Shown: piece by piece, positions 33,987-40,307 of the stretch
How positions within the stretch are numbered: position 1 is the stretch's first letter
Layout of the letters: every line of letters begins with the position of its first letter
Assembly (NCBI RefSeq): GCF_006345805.1
Contig: NW_021835353.1
Span: 1 to 40,307, forward strand
From: Octopus sinensis
Lineage: Eukaryota
Reading direction: 5' to 3'
Length of the DNA stretch: 40,307 nucleotides
Translations under genes and position numbers: made by a program
Notes under the pieces: generated by a model
Seen by the model: the letters and a program-made list of their open reading frames with translations, nothing else
Told to the model about the DNA's origin: nothing
Databases searched by the model: none

Positions 33987-35213
33987 TTGTTGAAATATAA
34001 GTCGACTGCAGTGTTGTTACAGTATAGCTTAATGCATTGTTTATGTTGTGTACTTTTGTTGTAATGCAATCTGCTGCAGTGTTTTGTGGTGCAGTGTTAT
34101 TACAGTACTGTCTTGTGCAGTGTCTTTAAGCTGTGATGTAGCATCGTTTTGTATAAAGTTGCGTGGTTGAGTGTTATTTTCTGTATTGTTGTATGATGTG
34201 TTGTTGCGTGAGTATGTATGTGTAAGTATGTGTATATGTGTATTTGTGTATTTGTGTGTGTGTGTGGTGAGTGTGGCATAGTGTAGTGTTAGCGTCTTGT
34301 TGTATGCGTAGAGTGAAGTTGTATTCTGCTGTATGGCGGTGAGGAGGTTCCTACATAAAAACATCATTGAAATTATTGATTTTTAAAGCTCACCCGTGAC
34401 CAGATCTATCAGCGAAATGTGAATTCTCACAGGCGCAGCGCTCATCCATCATGGCGAATGTCACAGGCCCTGTGGTCGAAGAATAGGAGACTAGAGCGCC
34501 GCCTAGCGCCAGAATAAGGAATTGGGGTCGAACCTAGAGTACGACAAGGGCAAGTGAGGGAAATGCAGGTTGGTGTGCATAGTGGGGGTCGTGATGGTGT
34601 GGTGGGGTCTATGGAAAGAAACCGGCTGGAAGTCAAGTTATGTATGTGTCTGTGTTTGTGTGGGGGTAGTTGCTTGTGTGTGTGTGTGTGTGTATACACA
34701 CACATATATATACATATATATATATACATTTATATATATATACATATATATATGCATACGTATGCATAAGTTTGTGTGTGTATATATATATATATAGATA
34801 TACATATAGGTATATATACATTATATATTTGTATATATATACATACATATATATATGTATATATATATATATATATATATAATTTATATATATATATATA
34901 TATATGTATGCATATATATACACATACACTCATAAACACACATACATATCGATATATGCAGAGATTCATACGTTATACATACATACATGCATGCACATAA
35001 AAACACATATACATCTATGCATATTTACATATGCATGTGTGTGTGAGTGTGTATGTGAATATGTGTGTATGTGTGTGAGTGTGTGTATGTATGTGTGTGC
35101 GTTCAACGGGTGGATTAATTTGGGAAGTAAAGAGAGGAAGCGTCGCTCGTGTGTATATTGTTTTCTATGTGAATAGTTTGTAAAAAAAGTATTTGTTTAG
35201 ACAGACACGTCCT

Positions 35214-35244
<31 letters not shown>

Positions 35245-35640
35245 GTATGTATGTATGTATGTATATATTTATACACTTACATATATCTATCTATCTATCT
35301 ATCTGTTTATCTATCAATCTCTCTCTCTATAATACATACTTAAATATTTATACACACACAAAAACACACATATTACTATACACAAACGGACTCTCACACG
35401 GGGAAATACGGACATATACATACCAAGATACGGGTATCCCTATGCAGATGGTTATACACAGACAAACGCTCAGATATACTGGCCTTTTACAAATATACAT
35501 AAACACCCACGCATATACACGCGCAGATGCATACATATGTAGGGTGCTGTATACACTTGCATTTACTGACGTTTACGAATATAAATAAACGCATATGTCG
35601 ACAAAAACACACATACGTATACACACGTGCGTAACGCTCT

Positions 35641-35677
<37 letters not shown>

Positions 35678-35679
<2 letters not shown>

Positions 35680-35990
35680 CTGTGTGGTAAGTAGCTTGCT
35701 TATGAACCACTTGGTTCCGGGTTCAGTCCCTCCGCATGGCACCTTGGGCAAGTGTCTTCTACTATAGCCACGGGCCGACCAAAGCCTTGTAAGTGGATTT
35801 GGTAGACGGGAACTGAAAGAAGCCCGTCGTATATGTGTATATATATATATGTATATATATATGAGTGTGTGTGTGTTTGTCCCCCTATCATCGCTTGACA
35901 ACTGATGTTGGTGTGTCCTGAGGTCGATTTGCTCGACAAAAGGCGGTGCTCCAGCATGGCCACAGTCTAATGACTGAAACAATTAAAAGA
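35678..35990 (+). mobile_element. SINE family B with internal microsatellite and deletion
   Basis: GGCTGTGTGGTAAGTAGC head, GGGTTCAGTCCC, tail GGCGGTGCTCCAGCATGGCC..GAAACAATTAAAAGA. Confidence 0.85.
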
Positions 35991-35991
35991 G

Positions 35992-36025
<34 letters not shown>

Positions 36026-36409
36026 AGTGTATATACATATATACATATACATACATATATATATACATATATATATATATGTATATATACATGTATATAT
36101 GATTGAAAAGACTGCCTCACGCGCTGCTACTACACTTTCGTCCTTGCCAGCAAAAGGCTTCTTCGTTCGTCCCCTTGTGTGGTTGATTTCCTGTATAGTA
36201 TTCTTGTTATTTTCTCGTTTTGTAACTAATTGTACTTTTGTACATGTATTTTTATTTTTGCAGTTTTATTGTTTGTCTATGCCAGAAAAAAGGCTTTTTC
36301 GTTCGTCCTCTTGTGTTTGTTTTTGTACATGTATTTTAATTTTGCAGTCTATGTTACGTCTTGTCTTGTTCGTACTCATTGTGCCCCGCTGCTTGAAAAT
36401 TTTATTTTA

Positions 36410-36696
36410 ATTCTCTCGCAGGAAGGCCTATTGGATTAGTGTTCTGTTATGCCTTCGAAACATGCCTGACTCCTCTAGCGACAGCTGATGACGGGGTTTT
36501 GTCCTTGTGTAGCTCGTCCTGTATTTGTTTTTCGTTTTCCGTTTTCTTGTTTTTTGTTTTTTGGCTTTTCCGTTTCTACGTCTTATTGTGATGTCCTGTA
36601 CTCCCGTATAATTATTGATATATGCATGTATATATACATGTAGATGTAGGTACGTACATATATGTTTGTATGTATGCATATATTTTTTATTTATCT

Positions 36697-36735
<39 letters not shown>

Positions 36736-37025
36736 ATAAACAAAATATATGCATATATACATACATATATTACATACTTACATCTACATGTATATATACA
36801 TGCATATATATATATATATATTATATATATATATATATATATATGAGTACAGGACACCACAAATAAACGTAGAACACAACGAGAGACGAAAACAGAAAAT
36901 CGAACAAGGAAACGGACTTTCTTTAAAACAACGAAAAAACAGAGTACAGGACAAACAATACAAGGAAAATTCCCCTTCATCAGCTGCCCCTGGTTCGACT
37001 CAATGCGTGTTTCGAAGGTAAGGGG
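36410..37025. mobile_element. Two diverged copies of one repeat family, tail-to-tail around a TA-rich tract
   Basis: Left copy (plus) ends GTCCTGTACTC at 36603. Right copy (minus) begins GAGTACAGGAC at 36845. Both contain CCTTCGAAAC and CAGCTGATGA. Confidence 0.75.
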
Positions 37026-37356
37026 CATATATATATATATCTATATATATATATATATATATGCACATACGTAACTCTCTTACACGCACGCACATACAGA
37101 CACTTATACAGATACAAAGAGAAATATGCACAGTGTCAAGCACACGCATATGCACACATATGTACATTCAAACATCGATGGGGATATAGACGTATGTGTA
37201 TACACACTCTAACCACTGAGCCACGCTGTCACAGTGTTATATAAACACCCGGCTCATATTCCTACACACTTACACACAGTAACATACACAAACGTAATAT
37301 AGGCATACATACATAAACACATATAGACGCTGACACAAACTTACAAACATCTGAAC

Positions 37357-37655
37357 CAGTGGTTCTCAACTTGTACCCATATGGACTCTGGAGCTCCGAA
37401 TGGACCTTGGGGCTTCATATGGACACTGGTGCTCTATATAAGATTTTTTTTTTGGGGGGGGGGTCCACGGATGCAATATAATGGATTGGGGATCCACGGA
37501 AATTTTTTCAGGAGCTGTGAAAAAATTGTGCTTTTGAACATAAAACGTGCAATAAATGAGTTATATGTCCACAAAACAGAAAAATATTTAAACTCTTATA
37601 CAAGTCCCAAAGATATTTGATGATAAAAATATAGAAGGGTTTTTTAAACATCGAA
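37357..37655 (+). mobile_element. hAT-type non-autonomous element, left end only
   Basis: Begins with the hAT-like TIR CAGTGGTTCTCAAC; no matching right TIR seen. Confidence 0.6.
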
Positions 37656-37685
37656 TGGGTTTAGAGGTGGGGGTGGATTCCATCT

Positions 37686-37902
37686 GCGAGGCACAAGTCG
37701 GGGCAAGGTTGTTTATGGAAGACCAGCAGTCACCCATGCATACCAGCCTGCCCTCTCCACACTACCTATGTTATCCAAGAGAAAGACAAAGACCTATGCA
37801 GCTTGGGACCGATGATATCGCAATTCACATAACCCGGTGCAGGAATCGAACTCACCACTTCATGAATATGAGCCCGACACTCTAACCACTGAGCCATGCG
37901 CC
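37686..37902 (-). mobile_element. SINE family C, internally deleted
   Basis: Matches the head and 3' body of 39758-40092. Confidence 0.8.
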
Positions 37903-38773
37903 ATGTGTATATATACATATATATATACATATACACATGCATATATATAATTATATGTGTATTTATATATTCCATTATACAAGTTACGGTATAAAAGAAC
38001 GTGTGCATATCTCAGCATAAACTTACTCTAAATGAAAACAAATTCGTTGTGTAGCTTATTAATTAGCAGCAAGTTTTGTTCCTTATTTTTATCACAGTCG
38101 TTTGACGCTAAAGTTTAGGTTAGTAGAACAAGTAAGAATTAATTGTAGATGTCAGTGTCACTGACCGCTCATACGTCATTCTCAACGAGTGCGTTCATCA
38201 TATACACAAAATCTTTCAAAAGTTCTGTTAGTATATATCATATATTCCTTGTATGCCTCCACTGTCCTGATTTTGTTCCCGACTTTGGCCCTCCGTAAAA
38301 TTCCAAATATATTTTAGAAGTTATGGGAACAACTGTCTTCGGACACTCTTATTATCGTTGAAATCCCGAAATGAGGAGTAGATAGACAACCGACAACTGA
38401 TGAATGATCGTTCTTTGCGTTACTTGTCATGTTTTAAATTTTTTTTCTCTCGTTGTTTGCGTATTTAACTCGCTTGTTTTCGATTTACCGTTTTCTATCG
38501 GTTTCTCTCTTCCCCTCTTTCTCCTTTTCTCTTTCTCGTTGCTCGCACGTGGCCATCGTCCTTCGTGCTTTTCCTACGCGACGTTCTAAGGAATGGACGT
38601 CTTCTATCTTTTCTCTTTTCAAAGAAAATATTTCTTCCAGCGTTCTCTATTCCCCCTCGTTCTGGTCTATATATCCATATATATATATATATTATATAGA
38701 TATATATATATATATATAATTATATATATATAGATATATATATACATATATATATACATATATATATATATAC

Positions 38774-38816
<43 letters not shown>

Positions 38817-38919
38817 TATATGTATATATGATATATATAATTTATGTTATTATCATATATATATATATCTATATTTCATGTTACAATTTTGTGCTTATAT
38901 ATTCCGATACCATTTTTGT

Positions 38920-38999
<80 letters not shown>

Positions 39000-39024
39000 G
39001 CTAGCTAGCTAGCTAGCTAGCTCC

Positions 39025-39490
<466 letters not shown>

Positions 39491-39644
39491 ATAACAGCTG
39501 ACATCGTAACGTCAACCCCTGGGAATTAACACTTCCTTTCCATCCGGGAAATATTTCACAATGTTTCGTTCCCTTTCTTTCCACCAACACCGAGCTGCCG
39601 GTGTCAAAATATAGCTTTTGCATAAAAGAGGCTATGCATCTCGG

Positions 39645-39716
39645 GCCAGCATGTCTGAAGATCTGTCGTTATTGACTAAGTGCAATAGTCTGTGAAACCG
39701 ACGGTGGCATTCTGAC
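39645..39716 (+). ncRNA. Decayed type I hammerhead ribozyme motif behind a Penelope-like C-terminus
   Basis: Stem I GCCAGCATGT/GCATTCTGAC (8 of 10 pairs), CTGAAGA 39655-61, GAAA 39694-97, stem III ACCG-A-CGGT. The cleavage triplet is GTG. Upstream QPLGIN codons lie at 39513-39530. Confidence 0.6.
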
Positions 39717-39757
39717 TTGTAATATGCCATAACTAGTAATATATTGCTCGACGATGT

Positions 39758-40092
39758 GAAGGCGCATGGCTCAGTGGTTAGAGCGTCGAGCTTACGATCG
39801 TGAGGTTGTGAGTTTGAATCCCGGACTGGGCTGCGTGTTGTGTTCTTGAGCAAGACACTTTATTTCACGTTGCTCCAGTTCACTCAACTGTAGAAATGAG
39901 TTGCGACATCACTGGTGCCAAGCTGTATCGGCCCCTTTGCCTTTCCCTTGGATAACATCAGTGGCATGGAGAGGTGAGGCTGGTATGCATGGGTGACTGC
40001 TGGTCTTCCATAAACAACCTTGCCCGGACTTGTGCCTGGGAGAGTAACTTTCTTGGTGCAATCCCATGGTCAGTCATGACCGAAGAGGGTCT
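39758..40092 (+). mobile_element. SINE family C, full length
   Basis: A box TGGCTCAGTGG, B-box-like GAGTTTGAATCCC, central CORE/Meta-like domain. Confidence 0.88.
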
Positions 40093-40307
40093 CAGCAGCA
40101 ACTGCTCGACGAGAGAGAGAGAAAGAAAGAGAAAAAGAAAGGGAGAGAGGTAGAGAGAGTGAGATAGATTGGTAAGTCGATAGATTGACTGGTTGATCAA
40201 TAGATAGATAGATAAAGGGATAGCTGAAGGTATATAATGGGAGATAAACAAATAACGGGACAGAGAGAAGATAGATAAAGGAATAGAAATATAGAGGGGT
40301 ACATTAA

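Noticed and set aside
31860-34069. Long His/Thr/Lys-rich ORFs (up to 293 aa) on the minus strand
   Set aside because: These are translations of the 26-bp repeat. The period is not a multiple of 3 and similar peptides appear in all three frames.
31345-34330. Telomere-like G/T-rich strand
   Set aside because: No TTAGGG units; the array is internal and flanked by ordinary repeats.

Overview
Eukaryotic, AT-rich DNA packed with microsatellites and transposons. The SINE families and the RTE/R4 content look like an Octopus (cephalopod) genome; this is by recognition, not a database search. No host protein-coding gene, rRNA, tRNA gene or CRISPR array can be supported, and most listed ORFs are translations of simple repeats. 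The window holds: a nearly intact R4/Dong-clade retrotransposon (RT plus RLE endonuclease, minus strand) embedded in (TAA)n; a second, decayed R4/Dong copy; Tx1-like LINE fragments; RTE 3' ends; a DD41D and a DD34D-type Tc1/mariner relic; non-autonomous Helitrons; a hAT end; four tRNA-derived SINE families; Penelope-like (GIY-YIG) relics; and a 2-kb hierarchical 26-bp minisatellite. The best finds are three type I hammerhead ribozyme motifs (one well formed at 30189-30268; two lie about 110 nt behind Penelope-like C-termini), a repeat family with hammerhead core boxes in permuted order, a palindromic fold-back element with a 12-bp target-site duplication inside an RT active-site motif, and the near-intact R4/Dong with a duplicated 5' junction.
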